This document shows, one piece after another, positions 49,892 to 59,192 of a DNA stretch of 64,000 nucleotides. The stretch comes from an uncultured Stakelama sp. (GTDB lineage Bacteria; Pseudomonadota; Alphaproteobacteria; Sphingomonadales; Sphingomonadaceae). Below the pieces are notes generated by a model. The model was not told where the DNA came from and did no database searches. It was given only the letters and a program-made list of their open reading frames with translations. The position numbers were made by a program, and so were the translations under genes. The stretch spans positions 15,603 to 79,602 of the forward strand of contig CAYPRW010000006.1 of assembly GCA_964413495.1 (NCBI GenBank). The letters run 5' to 3'. Position 1 is the first letter of the stretch. Each line of letters begins with the position of its first letter.

Positions 49892-50185
49892 ATGATCAAC
49901 CGGATCTTCACTGCCCTGTCGCTGGGCATCGCCGCCGGGATCGCGCGCGCGCTGCTGCCGGACATCAAGACGCGCATCCAGCTTGCGGTCGCCCTGTCGC
50001 TGGCGGCGCTGTTCGAACTGTGCCTGCGCCGCCGGCTGCGGCAGCGGCCGGGCATCGCGGGGTTCGCGCTGAACGCCGCCGCGATCGTCGTCGCCACGAT
50101 CGCGGTCAAGATCGCGATCGATGGCCGCCCGCATTATCCGGAATGGGTGATCGGGGCGGCCGCCGCGATGGGCATCGTGCTTTAG
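49892..50185 (+). CDS. Small hypothetical membrane protein
   Basis: 97 aa with about four hydrophobic segments filling the gap before the ugd stop. Confidence 0.55.
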   Translation: MINRIFTALSLGIAAGIARALLPDIKTRIQLAVALSLAALFELCLRRRLRQRPGIAGFALNAAAIVVATIAVKIAIDGRPHYPEWVIGAAAAMGIVL

Positions 50186-50210
50186 GGTCTGCGCGGATCG
50201 GGACGCGCCC

Positions 50211-51518
50211 TTACCCCTTGCCGATACCGACCAGGGTGAAGCCAGCCTGTCGTGCTTCGTCGGCGGGGTAGATGTTGCGCAGGTCGACCAGCAGCGGGGC
50301 GTTGAGCAGCGATTTCATGCGGGGGAGATCGAGCGCGCGGAACGCGTCCCATTCGGTGACGATGACCAAGGCATCGGCACCGTCGGCAGCGTCATAGGGG
50401 CTGTCGGCGAACACGACGTCGTTGAGCATTGGGCGTGCCTGTTCGACCCCCTCGGGATCATAGGCCTTCACCCTGGCGCCTGCATCCTGCAGCGTCTGGA
50501 TCACCGCGATCGACGGCGCGTCGCGCATGTCGTCGGTGTTCGGTTTGAAGGTGAGGCCAAGGATCGCCACGGTCTTGCCGCGCACCTCGCCGCCCATCGC
50601 CTTGATGACCTTGCGCCCCATCGCGCGCTTGCGGCTGTCATTGACCTGCACCGTCGCCTCGACGATGCGCAACGGCGCCTCGTTGTCGTCGGCGGTCTTC
50701 AGCAGCGCCAGCGTGTCCTTGGGGAAGCATGATCCGCCATAGCCGGGGCCGGCGTTCAGGAACTTGCGCCCGATGCGGTTGTCCATGCCGATGCCGCGCG
50801 ACACCTCCTGCACATCGGCGCCGACCGCCTCGCACAGGTCGGCGATCTCGTTGATGAAGGTGATCTTGACGGCAAGGAAGGCGTTGGCGGCGTATTTGAT
50901 GAGTTCGGCCGTGCGCCGCCCGGTGAACATCACCGGCGCCGACTGATTGAGCGAAAGCGGGCGATAGATGCCGCGCATCACCTCGCTCGCGCGTTCGTCC
51001 TCGCTGCCCACCACCACGCGGTCGGGGCGCTTGAAATCCTCGATCGCCGCGCCCTCGCGCAGGAATTCCGGGTTGGAAACCACCGCGATGCCCTTGTCCG
51101 GGGCGATTCGCGCCACGATCCGCTCGACCTCGTCGCCGGTGCCGACGGGCACGGTCGATTTGGTGACGATCACCGTCGGGCCGTCGACCGCCGCCACGAT
51201 CTCTTCCGCCGCGGCGAAGACATAGGACAGGTCGGCATGGCCATCGCCGCGGCGGCTGGGCGTGCCGACCGCGATGAAGACGGCGTCCGCGCCCTTGACC
51301 CCTTCGGCCAGATCGGTGGTGAACGAAAGCCGGCCCGCCTTCACATTGCTCGCCACCAGCTCGGCCAGACCCGGCTCGAAGATCGGCATCACATTGTCGT
51401 GAAGCAGCTCGATCTTGCGCGCATCCTTGTCGACGCACACCACGTCATGCCCGAAATCCGAAAAACATGCGCCCGACACCAGTCCGACATATCCCGTGCC
51501 GATCATCGCTATGCGCAT
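50211..51518 (-). CDS. ugd: UDP-glucose 6-dehydrogenase
   Basis: IGTGYVG, AVGTP, KSTVPVG, NPEFLREG, GYGGSCFPKD, FKPNTDDMR. Confidence 0.97.
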   Translation of the reverse strand: MRIAMIGTGYVGLVSGACFSDFGHDVVCVDKDARKIELLHDNVMPIFEPGLAELVASNVKAGRLSFTTDLAEGVKGADAVFIAVGTPSRRGDGHADLSYVFAAAEEIVAAVDGPTVIVTKSTVPVGTGDEVERIVARIAPDKGIAVVSNPEFLREGAAIEDFKRPDRVVVGSEDERASEVMRGIYRPLSLNQSAPVMFTGRRTAELIKYAANAFLAVKITFINEIADLCEAVGADVQEVSRGIGMDNRIGRKFLNAGPGYGGSCFPKDTLALLKTADDNEAPLRIVEATVQVNDSRKRAMGRKVIKAMGGEVRGKTVAILGLTFKPNTDDMRDAPSIAVIQTLQDAGARVKAYDPEGVEQARPMLNDVVFADSPYDAADGADALVIVTEWDAFRALDLPRMKSLLNAPLLVDLRNIYPADEARQAGFTLVGIGKG

Positions 51519-51843
51519 CGCTAGAATCTCCAGGCTGGAACCACGAGACAGAACGGCATCGTGATCGAGCCACATCTGCCTTGTTGCGCTGCGGTATGGC
51601 GCGTCAATCCGGAAAGTCCAGCCCTATTGCACGCCGTACGCTGCCTGCGATCCTGCCTTGGCACAGCATGCCGACCGAACGTCGCGCGCATCCTCGTGCC
51701 ACCGATCGGTCGCTGGCAAACGGCATTGCGGCCCGGCGCGCGCCTGGGGCTGAAAACGCTTTTGCACCGCAGCAAGTCGTTTTACCTATTTAAATTATTA
51801 TGCTTCAAGCGGCGGCGAAACTCGCACCAGGGGGACGACGATC

Positions 51844-52713
51844 ATGATATTCAAGCCGATCCGCAAGGCCGTTTTCCCCGTTGCCGGCCTCGGCACGCGC
51901 TTCCTTCCGGCGACCAAGGCGATGCCCAAGGAAATGCTGACCGTCGTCGACAAGCCGCTGATCCAATATGCCGTCGAAGAGGCGCTGGAGGCCGGGGTCG
52001 AGCAGATCATCTTCGTCACCGGACGCGGCAAGGGCGCGCTGGAGGACCATTTCGACATCTCCTACGAGCTGGAGGCGACGATGAAGGCGCGCGGCAAGAG
52101 CCTGGCGCTGATCGAGAACATCCGGCAGAAGCCCGGATCGCCCGTCTATGTCCGCCAGCAGGAGCCGCTGGGCCTGGGTCATGCCGTGTGGTGCGCGCGC
52201 GAGATCGTCGGCGACGAGCCGTTCGCCGTCCTGCTGCCCGACGAGCTGATGGTCGGCACGCCGGGCTTCCTCAAGCAGATGGTTTCGGCCTACGAGAAAG
52301 TCGGCGGCAACGTCATCGGCGCGCTGGAAGTGCCGGACAGCGAGACCGACAAATACGGCATCATCACCCCCGGCACGCGCGACGGCCGCCTGACGCAGGT
52401 GACCGCGCTGGTCGAAAAGCCCAGGGCCGGGACCGCGCCGTCGAACCTGATGATTCCCGGCCGCTACATCCTCCAGCCCGAGGTGATGCGCATCCTCGAC
52501 AATCCCGTCACCGGCGCGGGCGGCGAGATCCAGCTGACCGACGCGATGGCGCAGCTGATCGGCCGACAGGCGTTCCACGGCTATACGTTCGACGGCCAGC
52601 GGTTCGATTGCGGCGACAAGGCCGGCTATATCCAGGCGAACCTGGCGCTCGCGCTCGCCCGCGACGATATCGGCCCGGCGGTGCGCGCCTTTGCGGAGAC
52701 GCTGATCGGCTGA
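51844..52713 (+). CDS. galU: UTP--glucose-1-phosphate uridylyltransferase
   Basis: AGLGTRFLPATKAMPKEML, LGLGHAV, VEKP, GEIQLTDA. Confidence 0.97.
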   Translation: MIFKPIRKAVFPVAGLGTRFLPATKAMPKEMLTVVDKPLIQYAVEEALEAGVEQIIFVTGRGKGALEDHFDISYELEATMKARGKSLALIENIRQKPGSPVYVRQQEPLGLGHAVWCAREIVGDEPFAVLLPDELMVGTPGFLKQMVSAYEKVGGNVIGALEVPDSETDKYGIITPGTRDGRLTQVTALVEKPRAGTAPSNLMIPGRYILQPEVMRILDNPVTGAGGEIQLTDAMAQLIGRQAFHGYTFDGQRFDCGDKAGYIQANLALALARDDIGPAVRAFAETLIG

Positions 52714-52734
52714 GGCGGCGGGCGCCCGCGCCGC

Positions 52735-55155
52735 TTACCGCTCGCCGGTCTGCCAGCTGAAGCGCAGCGCGCTGACGCTGGTGGGTTTCTTGACCGGCCC
52801 GCTGCGCGTGGTCGATCCGACCAGCGCGGCGTCGATCAGATCCTCGACCGCCGTGCCCGCCGCGCCGTTGTTGCGCATCCGCGTGCCGGCCAGCGTCGGC
52901 CCCGCGGCGGCGGCGCACGCCGCGCCGTCCTCCGGCCCCGGCACCACCGGGCATTGCACCAGCCGCGCATAGGAAAGCGGCACGCCGTCGCCGACATCGC
53001 TGACCAGCAGCACGAAATCGTCGCGCAGCTGCGCGCCCGGCTGCGCATCGCTGAGATTATATTGCAGCACGCCGCTTTCGCCCGCGCGCAGCCGCGTGGG
53101 ATTGTCGGCCTTGATCCCCGGCCGCTGGTCGCGTCCGTCGAACAGCAGGATGCCGCCATCGGGCGAGAAGATCAGCGGGTTGACGTACACGTCCTCCTTG
53201 CCGGTGTTGGTCACCTTGACGAACAGCCAGTCGCAACGCTGGAAATTGAAGCTCCCCGCCTCGCTGCCGTCGCCGCCGACGCGCCTGGCCTGCGGATCGA
53301 CCGCATAGAAATCGGCGCCGGTGTCGGGACAGGCCGCGCCCGCGCCCCGCGTCTTGGGCCGCGCGACATAGAATTCGACCTTCACGTCCTTGCCCGGATC
53401 GTTGCCGGGGCCGCCGGTTTCCATCGCCGGGCTCGCCAGCACGCGCTGCAGGCGGCTGAACCGCGTCGCCTTGACCAGCGCGCCGCCGACCACGAAGCGC
53501 GTGCGCAGCGCGGTGTCGCCGCCCGCCGCGGCGATCGGCGCGAGATCGATGTCGCCGAACGCGGCGGTGACCTGGCCCGGCGGCTGGCGCAAGGTCAGCC
53601 GATCCTTGTCGAAGCCCAGGATCAGGTCGGCCGCCTGCCCCGGATCGACGAAGCTCGCGCCGATATCGGCCGGCTTGATCGCCTTGAGCGCGGCCAATGC
53701 CGCCGCCTGCGCCGCGCTCGGGCTGGCGGGCGCGGCGGGCAGCGCGATGCGATAGTCGAGCTGGATCGGCTGCTGCTCGATCGTCGCGACCAGCCGCACC
53801 TCACGCGACAGCGGCTTGCCGTCGAGGTCGCGCACGTCGTTCCATGCCTCGGCGGAAATATCGCCATAGGCGGTCGGGACGAGGATCGCCTTGTAGGCGT
53901 CGGCCTTGTCGACGCGGCCATAGAGGATCGTCTTGTCTCCGCCGGGCGAGGACAGCGCCAGGCCGATCACGGTGCCCTCGACCACGCCCTGCAATTGCCC
54001 CGCGCCCATTTCGAGCCGGTCGAGCTTGACCGGATCGGTGGTCTTGGTCTCGGCGGTGAAGACGCGCGCGGGCTTGTACACCGCCCAGCTGCCGCCGCTC
54101 GACGATGCGGCGGCGGTCTTCATCAGCCCGCCCATCACCGGCCGGTCGAGATCGCCGTCGAACTCGGGGCGCGGCGCCTTGTGCCCATCGATCCCGGCGG
54201 TGATGCGGTTGGCGAGATCGCGATAGGAATAGACGCGCGGGTTGTTCCAATTGGCCATGGTATAGACGGTCAGCAGCCCGTGCGCCGCCTGTTCCAGCGG
54301 ATCGGCATAGCGCGGCGCCTGGTATTGCTTGGCCTGTTCCTTCGACGGCACCGCCAGCAGCCCGACATAGGCGCCCCAGCCGGCCTTGCCCTTCGCCGTC
54401 TCGACCGCGAGGTCGCGAACGAAGTTGCCGTCGCTGACGGTGGCGAACTTGCGGTTGAGCTTGAGCTTCAGCTTGTCGGCGGTCGGCGCGCCATTGTCCT
54501 TGCCCGCCGCGTCGCGGTTCGAATCGCCCGAATGGCAGAAATCGGCGAGATAGGTGACGTTGCCGCCCTTGGCGCGGATCGCGTCGATCACCGCGCCGAT
54601 CTCGTCATCGGTCACCGCGTTCTGGATCTTGTCGCTGCCGTTGGCGGGGCCGGTGTCATAGGGCAGGAACACCTCGTCCAGCCCGTCCGGCTCGGAGCCC
54701 GCCACCGCCTCGTTCTGCTGCATGCCATGGCCCGAGAAGCTCAGGAGCACCTCGTCGCCCGGCTTCGTCGTATCGGCGACACGCTTGAGCGCCGCGAGGA
54801 TGTTGGCGCGCGTGCCGATGCCGTCGGGCACGACCTTGGTCTGGCGCATGCGCGGGTTGCCGCGCGCGGTCATCAGCTCGGGCGTCGGCGGATCGAGCAG
54901 CAGCGTCACGTCGCCGGGCTGCGCGCCCTCACGGATCAGCGTTTCGGCGATCAGCACCGAATCGTTGAACGCGCCGATCATCGGCGTGGCGATGCCCTCC
55001 TTGTAGTTGACCACGCCGATGATCACGGCGCGGATGCGGCCCTTCGCCTCCGGCTTGGCCTGGGGCGGCGCGGGCGGTTGCGGCGGCATCGCCGCGCCGG
55101 ACAACGCAACACCCAGGGCGATCGCCAGACATGCCAGTGCAAGCCGTTTCAACAT
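52735..55155 (-). CDS. Exported caspase-family (C14, metacaspase-like) protease with large C-terminal region (DUF4384-like end)
   Basis: Signal peptide; RAVIIGVVNY, FSGHG, EPDGLDEVFLPYD, ADFCHSG, HGLLT. Confidence 0.88.
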   Translation of the reverse strand: MLKRLALACLAIALGVALSGAAMPPQPPAPPQAKPEAKGRIRAVIIGVVNYKEGIATPMIGAFNDSVLIAETLIREGAQPGDVTLLLDPPTPELMTARGNPRMRQTKVVPDGIGTRANILAALKRVADTTKPGDEVLLSFSGHGMQQNEAVAGSEPDGLDEVFLPYDTGPANGSDKIQNAVTDDEIGAVIDAIRAKGGNVTYLADFCHSGDSNRDAAGKDNGAPTADKLKLKLNRKFATVSDGNFVRDLAVETAKGKAGWGAYVGLLAVPSKEQAKQYQAPRYADPLEQAAHGLLTVYTMANWNNPRVYSYRDLANRITAGIDGHKAPRPEFDGDLDRPVMGGLMKTAAASSSGGSWAVYKPARVFTAETKTTDPVKLDRLEMGAGQLQGVVEGTVIGLALSSPGGDKTILYGRVDKADAYKAILVPTAYGDISAEAWNDVRDLDGKPLSREVRLVATIEQQPIQLDYRIALPAAPASPSAAQAAALAALKAIKPADIGASFVDPGQAADLILGFDKDRLTLRQPPGQVTAAFGDIDLAPIAAAGGDTALRTRFVVGGALVKATRFSRLQRVLASPAMETGGPGNDPGKDVKVEFYVARPKTRGAGAACPDTGADFYAVDPQARRVGGDGSEAGSFNFQRCDWLFVKVTNTGKEDVYVNPLIFSPDGGILLFDGRDQRPGIKADNPTRLRAGESGVLQYNLSDAQPGAQLRDDFVLLVSDVGDGVPLSYARLVQCPVVPGPEDGAACAAAAGPTLAGTRMRNNGAAGTAVEDLIDAALVGSTTRSGPVKKPTSVSALRFSWQTGER

Positions 55156-55179
55156 GTTACGCTCCCGCCCATCCTATTC

Positions 55180-55275
55180 CGTCATTCCCGCGCAGGCGGG
55201 AATCCATTCTGGCTGACCCAACGGCTCAAATCGCGACGGCAGCGGCAAGGGATTCCCGCCTGCGCGGGAATGACG
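55180..55275. repeat. REP-like element: 26-bp inverted repeat pair
   Basis: CGTCATTCCCGCGCAGGCGGGAATCC (55180-55205) and its exact reverse complement (55250-55275); each arm itself palindromic. Confidence 0.85.
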
Positions 55276-55308
55276 AAGAAGAGGGTTCATGAAATCATCG
55301 ATCCACGC

Positions 55309-56004
55309 TCAGTTCGACACCAGGATCGCGCGCGTCCACACGCGGCCCTTGTTCCGCAGGATGATACGATATTCCTCGGTGCGGTTCGGCGTCCAGCGGC
55401 ACGACAGGTCGCGCCGCGCCACCGCCGCGGTGCCGGGCGGCGGGCGATCGATGCACGCCACCCGTCCCTGGGCATCGGTCACCGCCAGCTCCAGCGCCGA
55501 ATCGCCGTCGCCACGCACGCGCACCAGCGCCAGCCGGCCGCCTTCGGCGCGCGCGCGCATCGTCAGCGTGCGATCGGCGGGCAGGTCGTGGGTATAGACG
55601 ATCGCGGCGGGGAGGATGCCCTTGCTCGCCTCGGCCTGCGCCGCTTCGATCGCCGCCAGTCTGTCGGGATCGCCCGCCGCCCAGCCCTGCGCCTCGCGCA
55701 GCAGCGCGGCGGGCTCGGTCACCGGCAGTTCGTCGCTCGTCCGCGCGCGGCCCAGCACCAGCGGTGCGTTCTCGGCCGGCACCAGCACGAAATCGCCCTG
55801 GCGCAGCATGTTGGCGGCGACCAGCATCATCGCCACATCCTTGTCGGCGCGCGCACGGGCGATCAGGTCGCGCACCAGCTCGGCGCGCTCGATCGTCGCG
55901 TCGGAGGCGGCGGCGTCGGGCGTCACAGGGTCGATCGTGCGCGCGGCCGCGCCGGCGGTGCCGAGCGCGGCCAATACGAGAGCAAGAAGAATGTGCAACT
56001 TCAT
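55309..56004 (-). CDS. Secreted protein B: helical domain + PPC-like beta domain
   Basis: Signal MKLHILLALVLAALGTAGAAA; GDGDSALELAVTD.QG...C.D...C.W.P; paralogue of 58282..58974. Confidence 0.75.
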   Translation of the reverse strand: MKLHILLALVLAALGTAGAAARTIDPVTPDAAASDATIERAELVRDLIARARADKDVAMMLVAANMLRQGDFVLVPAENAPLVLGRARTSDELPVTEPAALLREAQGWAAGDPDRLAAIEAAQAEASKGILPAAIVYTHDLPADRTLTMRARAEGGRLALVRVRGDGDSALELAVTDAQGRVACIDRPPPGTAAVARRDLSCRWTPNRTEEYRIILRNKGRVWTRAILVSN

Positions 56005-56062
56005 CACCGCCAGCCTTGAACCCGTTTCGGGGAAGGCGCGAGGGTCAGAGTCTGACGGTAAA

Positions 56063-56194
56063 ATCCTCCCCGGCACGGGGAGGGGGACCGCCCGCACAGC
56101 GGGTGGTGGAGGGGGCGTGCGGCAGGCGTTGCGCTGCGTGGCGCGCGCCCTCCGTCAGCACTGCGTGCTGCCACCTCCCCGTGCCGGGGAGGAT
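56063..56194. repeat. REP-like palindromic element, family 2, copy 1
   Basis: Terminal IR ATCCTCCCCGGCACGGGGAGG / CCTCCCCGTGCCGGGGAGGAT with internal GGGGACC...GGTGGTGGAGGGG. Confidence 0.8.
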
Positions 56195-56218
56195 CGCGGC
56201 GCAACGCCATCTGCACGC

Positions 56219-58012
56219 TTATTTCCCCGGTTCGCCGACCAGCGTGAACGCCGCCCAGTATTTGGGGCTGACGAACTGGCCGGTGCCTTCGTTGCGCACC
56301 GTCTTCATCGCCGCCTGCAACGCGCGGGCGCGGCCGGCGATATCGCCCTTCTGGATGTTGTCGAAGGTCTGCTGCATCAGCAGCGAGGTCGCCGCATCGC
56401 TCACCGCCCAGTGGCTGACCAGCAGCGAGCGCGCGCCGGCGAAGAAGAAGGCGCGGGCCAGGCCCGACAGCCCCTCCGCGCCGGCCTTGCCACTCGACGC
56501 CGCGGTGTTGCACGCCGACAGCGCGACCAGATCGGCGGTCATCTTGAGTCCGGCCACCTCCGACGCGGTGAGCAGCCCGTCGTCCTGCGCCGTCGCCGCC
56601 TTGGGCGGGGTGAAGACCAGGCCCGGCTCGGCATTGTCGCCGACCTCGGTCGCAAGCAGCCCATGGGTCGAAAAGACCACGAAGCGCGCGCCGGGGATCG
56701 ACTTGCTCGCCTTGACCGCGCTCTCGGTCGCGGCGTCGCCCAGCACCACCTCCGCCTTGCTGCCGAAGGTCTTGCCCAGGCTCTCCAGCTCGGCCCTGGC
56801 CTGCGGCAGATAGGCGAGCGCGCGCAGTTTCTCGGTATCGGCAAGCTTGCCCTTGTACATCTGTCCGGCGAGGTCGGGCGTCACCGAACGGCCCGTCGCG
56901 GCGGTATATTGGCCGAGCAATGTCGGCGCGCCATAGGCGGCCAGCGCCACGCCGCCGGTCTTGGCCTGCGCATGGCTGGTCGAGGCGGCCTTGACGTCGC
57001 AGCCGGGATGCGCGTCCGCCGGATTGGCGATCAGCAGGCAGCGCAGCGCACGCAGCGACGACACCGACGGCAGTTCGGCCAGCGCATATCTGTCGATCAG
57101 CCACGGGCTGGTCGCGACCGCGCTGGGATCATTGTCGGCCCCCTGCGGCGGCGCGGTGACCAGCAGCGCGAGCGGCAGCGAAGTCAGCGCGCCGGTGACG
57201 TTGGTGAGCAGCACCTGCTTGCCCTGCAACACCGGTTCGACCGGCGCGATCAGTTCCTTGTAGATCTCGTGCGCCAGCTTGCGGTCGAACGCCTTGCCCT
57301 GCGGCGCGGCGGCGGTGGCGGCGCTCGCGGGCGGCGGCTGGCGGGCGGAGCCGCGCGCGCCGTCGACTTCCATGCTGGCGCGCAGCGACGCGACCTTCTG
57401 TGCCAGCGCGCCTTCCTTCATCGCTTCCGAACGCGACCAGCTCGCCTTCTCGCGCGTGATCGCCCAGGTGTAGCTGGCGTCGTCCGAGACGAGCACCATC
57501 AGCATCGCCTCGTCCGGATTGAGCAGCCGCTGCACCTGCGCGATGTCGAGCGCCTTGGGCCGCGTCAGGTCGAAATATTGCGGGAAATCCTTGCCGATCT
57601 TCGTCTCGATCGCGGTCACCTCGTCGCGGATCGCGGCGCGGCGCTGGGTCAGCGCGCGGCGTTCCTCCTCGGGCACGGCGCTGCCGCGCTCGATCAGCGC
57701 GCTGAACTGGCGATCGACCGCCTCCAGCTCGGCCAATTTCTTGTCGCGTTCCTGTTCGAGCACGGCGAGCGGGCCGCCGCCCGAGGCGAAGCGCGCCGTC
57801 ACGCGATCGACCGCGGCGGCCGCGCCCGAGATCAGCGCATATTGCGCGGCGACAAAGGCTTCGGAACGCAGCACCTCGGGTGAGGGCACCGGCTCGGCCT
57901 GGACATCGCTAGCGGGTGCGGGGGCGGCGGGTGCGGGCGCAGGGGCGCTCTGGGCGGTGAGCATCGCGGCCAGCACGGGCAGCGCGACGAATTTGCGGAA
58001 CTTGGCCTTCAT
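56219..58012 (-). CDS. Exported CHAT-domain (caspase HetF-associated) protease without TPR array
   Basis: Start MKAKFRKFVALPVLAAML + PAPA linker; coiled coil, FPQYFDL, LYLPQARAEL-type segment, FSTHG, DGLLTASEV, LSACNT, VSHWAVSD, PKYWAAF. Confidence 0.9.
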   Translation of the reverse strand: MKAKFRKFVALPVLAAMLTAQSAPAPAPAAPAPASDVQAEPVPSPEVLRSEAFVAAQYALISGAAAAVDRVTARFASGGGPLAVLEQERDKKLAELEAVDRQFSALIERGSAVPEEERRALTQRRAAIRDEVTAIETKIGKDFPQYFDLTRPKALDIAQVQRLLNPDEAMLMVLVSDDASYTWAITREKASWSRSEAMKEGALAQKVASLRASMEVDGARGSARQPPPASAATAAAPQGKAFDRKLAHEIYKELIAPVEPVLQGKQVLLTNVTGALTSLPLALLVTAPPQGADNDPSAVATSPWLIDRYALAELPSVSSLRALRCLLIANPADAHPGCDVKAASTSHAQAKTGGVALAAYGAPTLLGQYTAATGRSVTPDLAGQMYKGKLADTEKLRALAYLPQARAELESLGKTFGSKAEVVLGDAATESAVKASKSIPGARFVVFSTHGLLATEVGDNAEPGLVFTPPKAATAQDDGLLTASEVAGLKMTADLVALSACNTAASSGKAGAEGLSGLARAFFFAGARSLLVSHWAVSDAATSLLMQQTFDNIQKGDIAGRARALQAAMKTVRNEGTGQFVSPKYWAAFTLVGEPGK

Positions 58013-58046
58013 GTCAGCCCCCACACTATCCGGGCCGCTGTTCCCG

Positions 58047-58226
58047 ACCCTCCCCGGTGCGGGGAGATGGCATCGCCCTTCGACGTCGTCTGCGGCGTCG
58101 TTCAGAACGAACTGCGCCTCAGGAGCAGCGATGACGGAGGGGGCGGGCCGCACGTGTTGCGTTTCGTGGCGGGCCCCCTCCACCACCGCCTGCGGCGGCG
58201 GTCCCCCTCCCCGTGCCGGGGAGGAT
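58047..58226. repeat. REP-like palindromic element, family 2, copy 2 (inverted)
   Basis: CCCTCCACCACC...GGTCCCCCTCCCCGTGCCGGGGAGGAT mirrors the left half of copy 1; degenerate other arm CCCTCCCCGGTGCGGGGAG. Confidence 0.75.
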
Positions 58227-58236
58227 CGAAGAACCG

Positions 58237-58266
58237 CCGCCCCGGATGCGCGGGCATCCGGGGCGG
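58237..58266 (-). terminator. Hairpin after secreted protein A
   Basis: CCGCCCCGGATGC-GCGG-GCATCCGGGGCGG 13-bp perfect stem, weak U tract. Confidence 0.55.
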
Positions 58267-58281
58267 ACGGCAATTTTTGGC

Positions 58282-58974
58282 TTAGTTGGTCACCAGCGCG
58301 ATGCCGGTGCCGCTGTCGCCATGGTTGATCGCCTGGACCGAGAACGGACCGGTCCAGATCGGGTTCACGCGGCAATAGAGCGTGACGTTGTGCGACATGT
58401 CCTGGCAGACCAGATTGCCGTTTTCGTCGAAGATCTTGAGATCGACCGGCGTCGCCGAATCGCGGCGCGCGCCGACGACCAGCGGTTCACCGCCGCGCGC
58501 GGCGAAGCGCACGGTCCAGGTGGTCTGGCCCGGCACGTACTGCACGGTGCGGATCGCGCCGCCGACCACGCCCTTCGACGTTTCGGCCTGCGCCGCCTCG
58601 ACCGCCGCCAGGATGTCGGCATCGCCATTGGCGAGCGACTTGGCTTCGGCGAACAGGTCGGCCGCGGTCGCGCCCTTGGCTTCGCCGGTGCCCTTGCCGG
58701 TGCCCTCGATCTTGCCCTTGTCGGTGCCTTCCTTGACGGTGATCGAATCGACCATCTTGGCCGCGACGATCATCGCGCGCGCGTCCTTGTTGGTGCGCGC
58801 ATAGTCGGCCAGGCGATAGCCCAGCGCCAGCGTGTCGACCGCCTTCGAGCTTTCGGTCGCCGGCACGTCCTTGTCGCCAAGGTTCGTACCCTTCTTGTCC
58901 TGCGCGATCGACGGCGCGGCAATCATGCTCGCGGCGGCGAGCGCCAGCGCCATCTTCTTGTTAAGCTTAACCAT
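58282..58974 (-). CDS. Secreted protein A: helical domain + PPC-like beta domain
   Basis: GAGGAG RBS; signal KKMALALAAASMIAAPSIA; VDLKIFDENGNLVCQD...YCRVNPIWTGPF...N.G; ends LVTN. Confidence 0.85.
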   Translation of the reverse strand: MVKLNKKMALALAAASMIAAPSIAQDKKGTNLGDKDVPATESSKAVDTLALGYRLADYARTNKDARAMIVAAKMVDSITVKEGTDKGKIEGTGKGTGEAKGATAADLFAEAKSLANGDADILAAVEAAQAETSKGVVGGAIRTVQYVPGQTTWTVRFAARGGEPLVVGARRDSATPVDLKIFDENGNLVCQDMSHNVTLYCRVNPIWTGPFSVQAINHGDSGTGIALVTN

Positions 58975-59192
58975 TACCACGTCTCCTCACTCTCCAGGCA
59001 CTGCTTCCCGAGCAGGCCGTGCAAAACTGATCCCTCGATCAGGCAGGTTCTTCTGTAAGGTGGCCCCCGCCGCGGCGACACTAACAGTTTCAGTCGCCTT
59101 TTCCAGCCGATTCGTCGCAATTCGCTTGCCCCGCCGCGCGACGATATCGGTCGATTTGCAACCACTTGCGCCGCACGCCGACAAGGCCGGGG

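Noticed and set aside
55180..58226. Possible CRISPR array or IS ends
   Set aside because: Repeats are inverted and isolated, not regularly spaced direct repeats; no cas or transposase gene
58013..58375. 121-aa N-terminal extension of the CHAT ORF (and 56005..56097 for protein B)
   Set aside because: Reads through REP-like palindromes (and, for CHAT, the end of the upstream gene); a signal-peptide-like start lies downstream
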